The notes beneath the pieces were generated by a model. That model saw nothing but the letters and a program-made list of their open reading frames with translations, was not told where the DNA came from and made no database searches. Shown here piece by piece: positions 1 to 9,677 of a DNA stretch of 64,000 nucleotides; the first letter of the stretch is position 1, and each line of letters starts with the position of its first letter. Source of the stretch: Pseudomonadota bacterium (GTDB lineage Bacteria; Pseudomonadota; Gammaproteobacteria; Burkholderiales; Burkholderiaceae_C); NCBI GenBank assembly GCA_046047055.1, contig JBJOIR010000002.1, positions 15,291-79,290 on the forward strand. The letters run 5' to 3'. The translations under genes were made by a program, and so were the position numbers.

Positions 1-964
1 CCTCCACAGGCTCCAACTCCAAGCGGGCCACGGGACCCACCACAATGGCACGCGTCAGCTTGGCAACGATGCCCGTGTGGGGCGTACCGACTTTGTAGCG
101 CGCCACATCCAAATCGTGTGGACGCACGTAGGCAAAGGCTTTGGCGTCTTGCACCTGCCCGTGTTCAGGACTGTCCAAGCGAATGGCATGTTGGTCAGCG
201 CCAATCAGCATTTCGCCCTCGTGCGCACGGCCATGGAACAAATTCACATCACCCAAAAAGCCATACACAAACGGGCTGGCCGGGTGGTCCCACACCTCTT
301 GCGGCGAGCCAATCTGCTCGATGTTGCCTTTGTTCATGAGCACCACACGGTCAGCCACTTCGAGTGCTTCTTCTTGGTCGTGGGTCACAAAAATACTGGT
401 CACATGCAACTCATCGTGCAGTCGGCGCAGCCAGCGGCGCAACTCTTTGCGCACCTTGGCATCCAAGGCGCCAAAGGGTTCGTCCAGCAGCAAGACTTTG
501 GGCTCAACCGCCAAGGCGCGGGCCAAGGCAATGCGTTGGCGTTGCCCCCCTGACAACTGAGATGGGTAGCGGTCGGCCAACCAATCGAGTTGCACCAAGC
601 TGAGCAATTCGTGCACCTTGCGCTTGATCTCAGCCTCGTTGGGGCGCTCATTGCGGGGTTTCACACGCAAGCCAAAGGCCACGTTTTCGAACACGGTCAT
701 GTGCCGAAACAAGGCGTAATGTTGGAACACAAAACCCACTTGGCGTTCGCGCACATGCACATGGGTGGTGTCGGCGCCACTGAAGCCAATGGTGCCGCTG
801 TCTGCGGTTTCCAGCCCGGCAATGATGCGCAGCAACGTGGTTTTGCCGCAGCCCGATGGACCCAACAGGGCCACCAGTTCGCCCGACTCGATGTCTAGGC
901 TGACATTGTTCAGCGCGGTGAAGTCGCCAAATTGTTTGTGGACATTGCGAATTTCGATGCTCAT
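1..964 (-). CDS. cysA: Sulfate/thiosulfate ABC transporter ATP-binding subunit (3' end runs off the window)
   Basis: Manual minus-strand translation from ATG at 964: [15 protein letters not shown]...GPSGCGKTT (Walker A)...[10 protein letters not shown] (ABC signature); follows cysW. Missing from the ORF track because its stop lies outside the window. Confidence 0.93.
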   Translation of the reverse strand, partial: MSIEIRNVHKQFGDFTALNNVSLDIESGELVALLGPSGCGKTTLLRIIAGLETADSGTIGFSGADTTHVHVRERQVGFVFQHYALFRHMTVFENVAFGLRVKPRNERPNEAEIKRKVHELLSLVQLDWLADRYPSQLSGGQRQRIALARALAVEPKVLLLDEPFGALDAKVRKELRRWLRRLHDELHVTSIFVTHDQEEALEVADRVVLMNKGNIEQIGSPQEVWDHPASPFVYGFLGDVNLFHGRAHEGEMLIGADQHAIRLDSPEHGQVQDAKAFAYVRPHDLDVARYKVGTPHTGIVAKLTRAIVVGPVARLELEPVE

Positions 965-987
965 GGTTCAAATGCTTTCCAACAGAT

Positions 988-1905
988 TCAGACGGCCACT
1001 TCAGGGCTTGTGGCCAAAGGACGCTCGGGTGGCGTGTTCGCGGCGGCTTTGAGTTCTTGCTCGTGGCGCCACTCGATCACCGACTTGATGACCAAGGTCA
1101 CCAGCGCCAGCAGCGCCAACAACGAGGCCACCGCGAATGCGGCCACAGACTGGTATTCGTTGTACAAAATTTCGACATGCAAAGGCATGGTGTTGGTCTG
1201 CCCGCGAATGTGGCCCGAGACCACCGACACCGCACCAAATTCACCCATGGCGCGCGCGTTACACAAAATGACGCCGTACAACAAACCCCATTTGATGTTG
1301 GGCAACGTCACATACCAAAAGGTTTGCCAACCCGTGGCGCCCAACACAATTGCGGCTTGCTCTTCGTCGTTGCCTTGCGCCTGCATGAGTGGAATCAACT
1401 CGCGGGCGATGAATGGAAACGTCACAAACACCGTCGCCAACACGATGCCGGGAACCGCAAACACGATCTTGATGTCGTGGGCTTGCAGCCAAGGACCAAT
1501 CCAGCCTTGTGCGCCAAACATGAGCACATAAATCAAGCCGGCCACCACCGGAGAAACCGAGAAGGGCAAATCGACCAATGTGGTCAAAAATGCTTTGCCT
1601 TTGAACTCGTATTTCGCGATGGCCCACGCCGCAGACACGCCAAACACCAAGTTCAGCGGTACAGCAATCGCCGCCGTGATCAAGGTGAGACGAATCGCCG
1701 ACCAAGCATCGGGCTCTTTCAGCGCCTCCAGGTAAGCATCGAGCCCTTTGCGCAGGGCTTCGGTGAACACCGCTGCCAGCGGCAGCACCAAAAATAAGAA
1801 CATGAAGGTCAATGCCACGCCAATCAGCGTGTAGCGCACCCATGTGGGCTCGGTGGTGCCCGATTGGGCACGGCGAGCAGAAGGCTTCAAGCTGTCGGCG
1901 CTCAT
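988..1905 (-). CDS. cysW: Sulfate ABC transporter permease CysW
   Basis: [22 protein letters not shown] (EAA loop), [10 protein letters not shown]; operon position. Confidence 0.95.
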   Translation of the reverse strand: MSADSLKPSARRAQSGTTEPTWVRYTLIGVALTFMFLFLVLPLAAVFTEALRKGLDAYLEALKEPDAWSAIRLTLITAAIAVPLNLVFGVSAAWAIAKYEFKGKAFLTTLVDLPFSVSPVVAGLIYVLMFGAQGWIGPWLQAHDIKIVFAVPGIVLATVFVTFPFIARELIPLMQAQGNDEEQAAIVLGATGWQTFWYVTLPNIKWGLLYGVILCNARAMGEFGAVSVVSGHIRGQTNTMPLHVEILYNEYQSVAAFAVASLLALLALVTLVIKSVIEWRHEQELKAAANTPPERPLATSPEVAV

Positions 1906-2765
1906 GCGGGTGCTCCTGAATGGCGGCGTTGCCAGGCTTGCAAGGCGTTGATGATGAGCAACAAGATGAACGAGAACACCAACATCACCAACGCCACCGC
2001 AGTGGCGCCGGCGTAGTCGTATTGCTCGAGCTTGCCGATGATGATCAAAGGCGTGATTTCAGAAATCATGGGCATGTTGCCGGCAATGAAAATGACCGAG
2101 CCATATTCGCCAATGGCACGCGCAAAGGCCATCGCAAAACCGGTCAGCAATGCCGGTGCAATGGAGGGAAAAATCACCTTGATGAACGTTTGCCAACGCG
2201 TAGCGCCCAAGCAGGTGGCCGCCTCTTCGAGTTCTTTTTCTGCGTCTTCCAGCACCGGTTGCACCGTCCGCACCACAAAGGGCAAGCCGATGAAGATGAG
2301 CGCAATCACCACGCCATTGGGGTTGAACGCCAGCTGAATGCCCAAGGGCTCCAGGTATTGACCGACCCAGCCATTGCCGGCCAGCAAGGCGGTCAATGAA
2401 ATACCCGCCACCGCTGTGGGCAAAGCAAACGGCAAGTCGACCAGGGCATCGACCACTTTTTTGCCAAAGAAGTTATAGCGCACCAAAACCCAAGCCACCA
2501 ACAAGCCAAACACCACATTGACCAACGCAGCGATCAACGCAGCCCCAAAGGTGAGTCGGTACGACGCCAAGACGCGCGGGCCCGTCACGGCGCTCCAAAA
2601 TTGATCCCACGTCAGTGTGAAGGTCTTGAAGAACAGCGCCGACAACGGAATCAGCACGATCAGGCTCAAATAAAAAATGGTGAATCCCAGGGTCAGGTTG
2701 AACCCGGGCAACACTCTGGCTGGCGCCCGCCGAGGGGCAGGCGCCGCAATGGGCAATGCGGTCAT
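1902..2765 (-). CDS. cysT: Sulfate ABC transporter permease CysT/CysU
   Basis: [32 protein letters not shown]; 4-bp overlap with cysW. Confidence 0.95.
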   Translation of the reverse strand: MTALPIAAPAPRRAPARVLPGFNLTLGFTIFYLSLIVLIPLSALFFKTFTLTWDQFWSAVTGPRVLASYRLTFGAALIAALVNVVFGLLVAWVLVRYNFFGKKVVDALVDLPFALPTAVAGISLTALLAGNGWVGQYLEPLGIQLAFNPNGVVIALIFIGLPFVVRTVQPVLEDAEKELEEAATCLGATRWQTFIKVIFPSIAPALLTGFAMAFARAIGEYGSVIFIAGNMPMISEITPLIIIGKLEQYDYAGATAVALVMLVFSFILLLIINALQAWQRRHSGAPA

Positions 2766-2776
2766 GAGGAGAGGGC

Positions 2777-3769
2777 TTATTTGACGGTGTAGATCTTGTC
2801 GAACTGACCACCATCGTTGAAGTGCACTTTTTGAGCGTCAGCGAACGAGCCAAAAACTTCGTTCACTGTGAACAGCTGCAAAGGCTTGAAGGTTTTGCTG
2901 TATTTTTTGAGCACGGCTTGTGAGCGTGGGCGCAAGGCATGCTTGGCAGCAATCTCTTGGGCTTCGTCTGAATAGAGGTAATCCAGATAAGCCTTGGCCA
3001 AAGCGCCCGTGCCTTTCTTGGCCACGGTACGCTCGACCACGGCGACAGGGTTCTCGGCCACGATGCTGATCGAGGGATGCACGGCATCGACTTTGCCAGC
3101 ACCAAACTCGTTGTCGACCGAGACCACTTCGGATTCGAAAGTCACCAACACATCGCCAATGTTGCGCTGCAAGAAGATGGTGGTCGCGTCACGCCCGCCT
3201 TTGGCCAGCACCGGTACGTTCTTGTAGAGCTTGCTGACAAATTCGGCAGCCTCGGCGTCCGAGCCGCCCTTCTTCTTCACATAGCCCCAAGCGGCCAAAT
3301 AAGCCATGCGGCCGTTGCCACCGGTTTTGGGGTTGACCACGATCACCGTGACCCCGGGCTTGACCAGATCGTCCCAATCTTTGATGCCCTTGGGGTTGCC
3401 ATTGCGCGTCAAAAACAGCATGGTCGAGGTGGTGGGCGATGCGCTGTGCGGGAAGCGCTTGTTCCAGTCCTTGGCCACCACGCCGGTGCTGGCCAAAAAG
3501 TCCACATCGGTGGTGGTGTTCATGGTCACCACATCGGCATCTAGGCCGTCGTTGACGGCACGCGCCTGCGCACTGGATCCGCCGTGGGCTTGGTCGATCT
3601 TGACGTCCTTGCCGGTGGTTTTTTTGTAGTGGGCAACGAAAGCGGCGTTGTAGTCTTTGTAAAACTCACGGGCAACGTCATACGAGGCGTTGAGCAGGTT
3701 CTGGGCATTTGCCGACAAACTGGCCAAAACCCATGTGGCGGCCAATGCGATTTGAGTGATTTTTTTCAT
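2777..3769 (-). CDS. cysP: Sulfate/thiosulfate-binding periplasmic protein (CysP-like)
   Basis: Signal peptide; LLNASYDVAREFY, HGGSSAQAR, NPKTGGNGR motifs. cysP vs sbp naming is uncertain. Confidence 0.85.
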   Translation of the reverse strand: MKKITQIALAATWVLASLSANAQNLLNASYDVAREFYKDYNAAFVAHYKKTTGKDVKIDQAHGGSSAQARAVNDGLDADVVTMNTTTDVDFLASTGVVAKDWNKRFPHSASPTTSTMLFLTRNGNPKGIKDWDDLVKPGVTVIVVNPKTGGNGRMAYLAAWGYVKKKGGSDAEAAEFVSKLYKNVPVLAKGGRDATTIFLQRNIGDVLVTFESEVVSVDNEFGAGKVDAVHPSISIVAENPVAVVERTVAKKGTGALAKAYLDYLYSDEAQEIAAKHALRPRSQAVLKKYSKTFKPLQLFTVNEVFGSFADAQKVHFNDGGQFDKIYTVK

Positions 3770-3854
3770 GGTGTTTCAGTAGTGAATGGGGCAGCGATCG
3801 GTCAAGGGTTGGACCGATGGCGTGAGCCGGGATTTTGATGATCTCTCGACAAAA

Positions 3855-3903
3855 CTCAAACTATTGTTTTGTGCTTTGCTTATATGCAATTCGCTCTTTA
3901 GGA
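3855..3903 (-). promoter_or_regulatory. Putative CysB-type promoter/operator upstream of cysP-cysTWA
   Basis: AT-rich tract TTTGCTTATATGCAATTCGCTCTTTAG resembles the tract upstream of the other sulfate-binding gene (TTTCTTAATGAACAATTGATCTATAAAG). Confidence 0.45.
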
Positions 3904-3914
3904 GCCAAGCCCGG

Positions 3915-4925
3915 TTATTTCTTGGTGTAAATCTGATCAAAGCTGGCACCGTCCGCAAAGTGGGACTTGTCGGCTTTTTCCCAGCCCCCAAAGGCCTGGT
4001 CGATGGTGAACAGGTTCAACTTGGGAAACTGCTTGGCGTATTTGGCTTGGGCCTTGGGGGAGATCGGGCGGTAGAAGTTCTTGCCCGCAATGTCCTGGCC
4101 TTCATCGGTGTACAGGTATTCCAGATAGGCCTGCGCCACTGCGCGGGTGCCTTTCTTGTCCACGTTTTTATCGACCACGGTCACAGCGGGCTCGGCCAAG
4201 ATGCTGACGGAGGGATACACCACGTCCACCTTGTTGCCAAATTCCTTTTCCAAGAGGTTCGCTTCGTTTTCCCAGCTGATGAACACATCACCTTGGTTGC
4301 GCTGGGCAAAGGTGATGGACGAGCCGCGGGCCCCGGTGTCGAGCACCGGCACGTTTTTGTAGAGCGCGGCCACAAAGTCTTTGGCCTTGTCGTCGCTGCC
4401 CAATTTACGTTTGGCAAATTCCCAAGCAGCCAAATAGTTCCAGCGCGCACCGCCCGATGTTTTGGGGTTGGGCGTGATCACGCTGATGCCGGGCTTGACC
4501 AAGTCGTCCCAGTCTTTGATGCCTTTGGGGTTGCCCGCGCGCACCACCAGCACGATGGTCGAGGTGTAGGGCGCGCTGTTGTGCGGCAAACGCTTTTGCC
4601 AGTCTTTAGGAATCAGGTTGCCGTTTTTGTGCAAGGCGTCGGTGTCACCGGCCAGCGCCAGCGTGGCCACATCGGCGTCCAGACCGTCGATGATGGAACG
4701 GGCCTGTTTGCCCGAGCCACCATGCGACTGCTTGAAGCTCACGTCTTGGCCGGTTTTGGCCTTCCAGTGCTTGGCAAAGGCTTGGTTGAACTCGGCGTAC
4801 AGCTCGCGGGTCGGGTCGTACGACACATTCAGCAAGCTCAGCGGGGCTTGCGCTTGGGCCACCCCAGAGACGGCGGTCAAAGCCAAGAGCGCAGTCAGGT
4901 GGAGCAATTGGCGTTTGGTTTTCAT
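3915..4925 (-). CDS. sbp: Sulfate-binding periplasmic protein
   Basis: [34 protein letters not shown]; GAGGGAG RBS 8 nt before ATG at 4925. Confidence 0.92.
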   Translation of the reverse strand: MKTKRQLLHLTALLALTAVSGVAQAQAPLSLLNVSYDPTRELYAEFNQAFAKHWKAKTGQDVSFKQSHGGSGKQARSIIDGLDADVATLALAGDTDALHKNGNLIPKDWQKRLPHNSAPYTSTIVLVVRAGNPKGIKDWDDLVKPGISVITPNPKTSGGARWNYLAAWEFAKRKLGSDDKAKDFVAALYKNVPVLDTGARGSSITFAQRNQGDVFISWENEANLLEKEFGNKVDVVYPSVSILAEPAVTVVDKNVDKKGTRAVAQAYLEYLYTDEGQDIAGKNFYRPISPKAQAKYAKQFPKLNLFTIDQAFGGWEKADKSHFADGASFDQIYTKK

Positions 4926-4989
4926 CAGGTTCACTCCCTCAAGTCACATCAAAATTGAATGGATGCGATTCTGGAAGTGAATCGTTAAA

Positions 4990-5045
4990 ACTAAAAATAC
5001 TGTTTTTCTATTTCTTAATGAACAATTGATCTATAAAGAAGGAAT
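4990..5045 (-). promoter_or_regulatory. Putative CysB-type promoter/operator upstream of sbp
   Basis: Very AT-rich tract in a GC-rich genome, similar to 3855-3903. Confidence 0.45.
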
Positions 5046-5106
5046 TCCCTCAGGAAATCAAAGCCGTCCCTCCAGAAACCCCGAAAAAAGAAGGAGCGGC
5101 AGCAAC

Positions 5107-5649
5107 TCAAGGCTTGTGGTGAGCCCCGGACGCGGGCTGGTTGCCATGAGCACCGTGCGGACCATGTGCACCCTGAGCTCCATGCGCTCCAGCCCCGTCA
5201 ACCCGCAACATGCCTTCGAACGAAGCGAATTTTTTCAAGGTGGCCGCGGGCAATCGGCTTTCAGCTGCCACCAACTTCTTCACCAGCGCGGCCGCCATGT
5301 CGGCCGTCATGCCGGTGTGAATTAAGGCTTGGGCCTCACGCAAGCCGTCGCCCGCACAGACCACGATCACCCATTGGCCATGGCGCTTTTGCAAAAGCGC
5401 ACGACCGCCGCGCGCGTCCTGCAGCCAACCGGCCAAGGCCCAGTCAGCCTCCACCACCACAGGGGCCACTTTGAGCGGAGATTGGGGTTGGTCAAACTGC
5501 TTTTTCATGACCTGCACAACATCCTTCGCGTCTTGGGCAGAATTGGTGGCAACAGTTTTGTGGTCGTTGACGGCATGCACGGGGCCGGCAACGGCGAGCA
5601 AGCTGAAAAGGACCAAGGTAAAGGCAGTGATCTGATATTTGGTGTTCAT
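5107..5649 (-). CDS. Copper uptake system-associated exported protein (found with MbnPH/PCuAC loci), His-rich tail
   Basis: Signal peptide; FDQPQSPLKVAPVVVEADWALAGWLQDARGGRALL...CAGDGL; C-tail GAHGAQGAHGPHGAHG...HHKP; lies downstream of mbnH. Confidence 0.75.
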   Translation of the reverse strand: MNTKYQITAFTLVLFSLLAVAGPVHAVNDHKTVATNSAQDAKDVVQVMKKQFDQPQSPLKVAPVVVEADWALAGWLQDARGGRALLQKRHGQWVIVVCAGDGLREAQALIHTGMTADMAAALVKKLVAAESRLPAATLKKFASFEGMLRVDGAGAHGAQGAHGPHGAHGNQPASGAHHKP

Positions 5650-5695
5650 GATGAGATCTTTTGGGTTGATGGAATAAAGCAATTGATTGAACGTA

Positions 5696-5923
5696 TCACC
5701 CGAATTCTTGGGGTGGACATGGGGTGTCTTTCGGCAAGCGGCTCAAGCCGGGGGCATCACCTACACCATGCAAGACTCTTTGAACGATGCCTGTGATGCA
5801 GCAGGACTCGAGCATCATTTGGTGCTGCTCAGTGGCCGCTAAAGCGCAGACACTCACAAATATCAAATACCAAGACAATACCAAATGGCTCATTCTTTGA
5901 ATATCAAGATAAGACAGTCTCAT
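5696..5923 (-). pseudogene. Truncated/decayed DUF2946 (CruR-like) leader ORF
   Basis: Aligns by eye with the N-half of the 10922-11290 protein (W-x2-[LI]F-x2-V-x-A...C-x3-G-x-VQ-x-VL...GD-x-P) but ends at CPPQEFG*, lacking the CxxC and RAPP motifs. Confidence 0.55.
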
Positions 5924-5930
5924 TGTTAAT

Positions 5931-7085
5931 TTAACGTTTGGTTGCCCATGGGTCTGAGTGCTTGGGATTTTTTACAAACCCACTGTCAGTTAAAGCATTT
6001 AAGAAAGCCACCAAGTCCTGAACCTCTTGGTCAGTAACCTCAAAACCTGAAATCAATGAACTGCGCAAAGGGCTCGGACCTGCTTGTGTGCCTCCAGCTC
6101 TTCCAGCATGAGCGTAGTGGCTGCGAATGACTTGCTCCAAATTTCCAATAGAGCCGTCGTGCATGTAAGGTGCTGTGAGTGCAATGTTGCGCAAACTGGG
6201 GGTGCGAAACTTACCCACATCATCAGCATCCCCTGTCAACTCAAAGATGCCCGTGTTGTTTTCAGGGTAGGCGCCGCGTCCATCCAAGTTATACAACCCT
6301 GTGTTGTGAAAACCACGCTCAGCCAAAGGTAACTTGCTGTGGCGAATGTTGTCCGTGAACGTGAAGCTGCCGTGGCAGTGGTAACACTCCATTTTTTCGC
6401 CAAAGAAGAGGCTTTCTCCTCGCTTGGCTTCAACAGAAATAGCGTTTTTCTGTCCGCCATATTGATACCGGTCATATGGACTGTCAAAAGACACCAGGCT
6501 ACGTTGAAAACTGGCCAGAGCTTTGGTCAACGTGCTAAGCGAGTACAAGGCTTCAACACCTTGTGCCGACTCAGCCGGGAAGGCCTTGGCAAACAAGTTG
6601 CGATAGCGCTCATCGGACTGCAATCGTGCGAACAATAATTTTTCTTTTCCAGCCATCCCCATTTCTACTGGGTGTTCCCCAAAAAGCGGAACCAAGGCCT
6701 GTATTTCCAAAGCCGTCAAATTCGGATTAGCCCAAGTCAATACGGGCAAAAAAGCCACGTTTGCCAACGCCATGGCGCTACGTTGTCCGGGTTCTCCGGT
6801 CACCCCCTCGGAAACAGCCAAACCATCAGTGAACGCTTTGTCTTGTTGGTGGCAAGTCGCGCACGACATACTCTGGTCGGCAGACAAGCGCTGGTCATAA
6901 AACAGATGGCGCCCAAGTTCAACTTTAGCGATGCTCATGGGGTTGTCGGCAGGCACGACTGGGCGCGGCACCCAAGCCGGCAAATCCCAAGGATAGTCGT
7001 CGATTGAGCTACCCGAAAGCAACACCCAACCCGCAAAGGCCATCAAGCCAACACCGAAAGATTTACGCAGGTGAGGTGCTAACAT
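5931..7085 (-). CDS. mbnH: MbnH-family di-heme enzyme (MauG/cytochrome c peroxidase superfamily)
   Basis: Two CxxCH motifs (CATCH, CYHCH), PADNPMS..KVELGRHLFYD, LTWANP, FRTPSLRNIALTAPYMHDGS; adjacent to mbnP. Confidence 0.88.
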   Translation of the reverse strand: MLAPHLRKSFGVGLMAFAGWVLLSGSSIDDYPWDLPAWVPRPVVPADNPMSIAKVELGRHLFYDQRLSADQSMSCATCHQQDKAFTDGLAVSEGVTGEPGQRSAMALANVAFLPVLTWANPNLTALEIQALVPLFGEHPVEMGMAGKEKLLFARLQSDERYRNLFAKAFPAESAQGVEALYSLSTLTKALASFQRSLVSFDSPYDRYQYGGQKNAISVEAKRGESLFFGEKMECYHCHGSFTFTDNIRHSKLPLAERGFHNTGLYNLDGRGAYPENNTGIFELTGDADDVGKFRTPSLRNIALTAPYMHDGSIGNLEQVIRSHYAHAGRAGGTQAGPSPLRSSLISGFEVTDQEVQDLVAFLNALTDSGFVKNPKHSDPWATKR

Positions 7086-7104
7086 TTTCTCGCTCTAGTG
7101 ATTG

Positions 7105-7992
7105 TCAGCGCTTCGATAAAAAACGCTGCGCTCCTGTTGCGGGTACACCGTCATACAGCAAACCTAAAGCTTGCATCACAGGCGGACAATCGCCATCTTT
7201 AGCAAAGCTCATGCAACCCGGCGATGTGCCTTTAGCATTCACATCCACGTTGGCTTGCGCCAAAACGGCACCCATGTCTGCGATCACTGCGTTGTTACGC
7301 AGGTCAAAACCATCAAAACGTACCGTTATGCGGTTGGGGTTTTGGCACGCACTGGGAGCTTGGGTTTTGCTGTCCCCAGCGCACTGAGTGCTGCCCAAGT
7401 GAACGGAGTACCGTGTCACTGGACCCATCGCATTGGCCGCCGCGGGCTTGCCATCGCTGATGCCACTACTTGCCGTATCAAACTTGATGAACTTGTAACC
7501 GCCCTGCCAGTTCCAGAACATTGCGGTGGAATTCAATGGGGATGGTGCCTGTGTGGGGTCTTGGTGATTTTGTGCAAACGGAACCCCAATCGTCAGTTCC
7601 ACGCCGGTGTATTCACCCCCAGGCACTTGTCCACGCACACTGGTATTTGTGGCCGCTGTACCGTTTCGGCACGGGCCTGTGCCGTTTTCAAAATCAATCA
7701 ACGCGACCGATTGTTGCTGCCAAATACCATCTTGCGTCAATTGCACAGGAACGGCGCTGCCGTCTTTGCGCACCAATTTGACGTCGCTTACATACATTCG
7801 AAAGTCACTCGGCGTGATGGTCGAACGGGTGGCGCCCACATCTGTGTAGCTTTGTCCACAGGCAAAAGGTTGGCCGTTGATTTGCGCGACAAATTTCAAC
7901 TCAACAGGCTGCGCGGTTTGTTGGCTAGGTAAGCTTCCACAGGCCGTCAGACTCAAGGAAATGGCCGCAATACTCCACATTTTTTTCATCAT
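7105..7992 (-). CDS. mbnP: MbnP-family copper-binding lipoprotein
   Basis: Lipobox LTAC; DFRMYVSDV, IDFENGTGPC, GVPFAQNH, MFWNWQGGYKF (WxW), HLGSTQC, PGCMS. Confidence 0.88.
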   Translation of the reverse strand: MMKKMWSIAAISLSLTACGSLPSQQTAQPVELKFVAQINGQPFACGQSYTDVGATRSTITPSDFRMYVSDVKLVRKDGSAVPVQLTQDGIWQQQSVALIDFENGTGPCRNGTAATNTSVRGQVPGGEYTGVELTIGVPFAQNHQDPTQAPSPLNSTAMFWNWQGGYKFIKFDTASSGISDGKPAAANAMGPVTRYSVHLGSTQCAGDSKTQAPSACQNPNRITVRFDGFDLRNNAVIADMGAVLAQANVDVNAKGTSPGCMSFAKDGDCPPVMQALGLLYDGVPATGAQRFLSKR

Positions 7993-8008
7993 TTTCTCCG
8001 TTCAGTTA

Positions 8009-8551
8009 TCAATGTTTGTGTTCAGTCGAGCCTGCGCGCGGTGTTTGCACCCAGACATTGACGCGCTTGGTACCTGCTTTTTCAAAAGTCAGCTCCACAT
8101 CAAATCGGTCGCCGTCTTTGAGAGGCTTGACCAATTCCAGCAACATCAGATGGTGATGGCCCGCACCACCGTGCCGAAGTGATACTTCAGATCGAGCGGG
8201 CAATTCCAATGCAGGAACTTGTCGCATACGCATGACATTACCGTCTAAATGCATTTGGTGAATTTCGACACGCCTTGCCACCTCCGTACGCGCAAACAGC
8301 AAGCGATCAGGCGTTTTGCCCGTGTTTCGAATGGCTTTGAAATAAACAGCGCCAGTGTTAACTCCCGCCAAACTGGGCGTGGAATAGGGGTGATCCACCA
8401 CCACATCACCTTTTCGGAAGTCATGAGCATGTGCAATGCCAGCACCCAGAACTAAAGCCACGAAGCTCATGCGCAAAACGCAAGATAAATAACCAAGCCC
8501 AAAACCGGTTTGGCGTGCATGTTGGAAAATCTTATGGATGAATGAGTTCAT
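8009..8551 (-). CDS. Copper chaperone PCu(A)C
   Basis: GAVYF..IRNTG..PDRL, VEIHQMHLDGNVMRM, HLMLLELVKPLKDGDRFDVELTFEKAG; C-terminal HKH. Start uncertain. Confidence 0.88.
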   Translation of the reverse strand: MNSFIHKIFQHARQTGFGLGYLSCVLRMSFVALVLGAGIAHAHDFRKGDVVVDHPYSTPSLAGVNTGAVYFKAIRNTGKTPDRLLFARTEVARRVEIHQMHLDGNVMRMRQVPALELPARSEVSLRHGGAGHHHLMLLELVKPLKDGDRFDVELTFEKAGTKRVNVWVQTPRAGSTEHKH

Positions 8552-8560
8552 CTGGATCTT

Positions 8561-9148
8561 TCACGCAGCCATGGCGAAGGGTGGCTCGATGACCCACACA
8601 CTGGGCGCAACCGTGCGAGGCTGTCTGCGCTCTGGCAACAGGGTGTTGAGCTCTCGGCACACAGTTTCAAAAGTAGAGTCCACCACCCGGGCCATTTCTT
8701 TGAGCGTAGGCAACTCTTTGCGCTGTACAGGCAACACCCGGCCATCGGCCTGCTTGCCCAGCAACGTCAACAAATAGGCCAGGCGCTGCGCGATGGGCCC
8801 CGTGCGCAAGCGGTGCATGTCGCAGGTCTGGCGTTGTTGCTGCAAAAATCCCTGTGTCATGGTGGTGAAACGGTCCAGGTCTTGACTCACCACATGGGGT
8901 ATAGCTTGGGCCTTGACCAGAGCAACAGCCGTAAAGGCATAGGGCTCAGCGCAAAGAGACTCCACGCCAATCAAGTCTCCGGCCTGCGCCAGCTGCACCA
9001 AAATTTGGCCGTCTTGGCCTTGACGCTCCAGTTTGAAGACCCCTTGGGTCACACGCCAAACGGGACCAACACCACCTGCGGTCAACAAACATTGGCCTCG
9101 ACTCACATCGATGGTTTCACCCACCGGAATTTGTTTCAAATAATTCAC
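8561..9148 (-). CDS. Crp/Fnr-family transcriptional regulator
   Basis: cNMP-like beta-barrel (GDLIGVESL), QRLAYLL helix, HTH LKEMARVVDSTFETVCRELN; AGGAG RBS before GTG. Confidence 0.8.
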   Translation of the reverse strand: MNYLKQIPVGETIDVSRGQCLLTAGGVGPVWRVTQGVFKLERQGQDGQILVQLAQAGDLIGVESLCAEPYAFTAVALVKAQAIPHVVSQDLDRFTTMTQGFLQQQRQTCDMHRLRTGPIAQRLAYLLTLLGKQADGRVLPVQRKELPTLKEMARVVDSTFETVCRELNTLLPERRQPRTVAPSVWVIEPPFAMAA

Positions 9149-9169
9149 ACGCTGCTCCTGACTGACTTG

Positions 9170-9231
9170 GCCAGAACTGCCGCATAGAGAGAGGCATCTG
9201 GCAGAAAGCAGGTCGGCAAAGTCCGGCCTGC
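9170..9231 (-). promoter_or_regulatory. Two predicted RNA hairpins in the leader between the RAPP uORF and the Crp gene (attenuator-like)
   Basis: On the mRNA: GCAGG..CCTGC stem (9208-9231) followed by TTTCT, and GCCAGA..TCTGGC stem (9170-9202) with a pyrimidine-rich loop. Confidence 0.5.
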
Positions 9232-9242
9232 CACGACTGAGA

Positions 9243-9647
9243 TCAGACGTGGGCAGGGGGTGCGCGGGAGCGCACCGTCCAGTGCAAAACAGATGAGGAA
9301 GCGCGATCCGTCAACGCCACCAAAAGAGGCGGCGCTTGTGGCAGCACTTGCCACTCAAAGGAAGCCGGTGGCGGGGCCAGCCGGTCAGAGGCCAACACAC
9401 ACAAAGCACAATGGTCCACCATGGTTTGGCCCGACGGTGAGTATTGCTCTGCTGGCAAATGGGTGGCTGTGGTGGCCGCTATTTGCTGCTTTCCGTTGAC
9501 TGTGCACACCTCCATCCAAGGCACTGCACTGCCCTGACTCCAAGCCCGCGCGCGCGACACTGTTGGGGCCAGAGCCGCCAACAGCATGGCGCACATCAGC
9601 CACAGGCTCAGCCTGCGCAGTTGGGCAGAGGTCCAGGTCATCGCCAT
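9243..9647 (-). CDS. DUF2946 (CruR/CutF-like) copper-responsive leader protein
   Basis: N-terminal hydrophobic segment, EVCT, HCALC (CxxC), Pro-rich stretch, C-terminal RSRAPPAHV (RAPP). Confidence 0.85.
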   Translation of the reverse strand: MAMTWTSAQLRRLSLWLMCAMLLAALAPTVSRARAWSQGSAVPWMEVCTVNGKQQIAATTATHLPAEQYSPSGQTMVDHCALCVLASDRLAPPPASFEWQVLPQAPPLLVALTDRASSSVLHWTVRSRAPPAHV

Positions 9648-9677
9648 CGCGGTCCGAAGTCAGGCAACCGATGCGAC

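Noticed and set aside
2777-4925. Tandem sulfate-binding protein genes as a novelty
   Set aside because: Paired sbp/cysP-type paralogs at cysTWA are common.
9145-9354. 69-aa minus ORF bridging uORF2 and the crp gene
   Set aside because: Overlaps the DUF2946 ORF out of frame, with no RBS or motif; treated as spurious, though Ribo-seq could revisit it.
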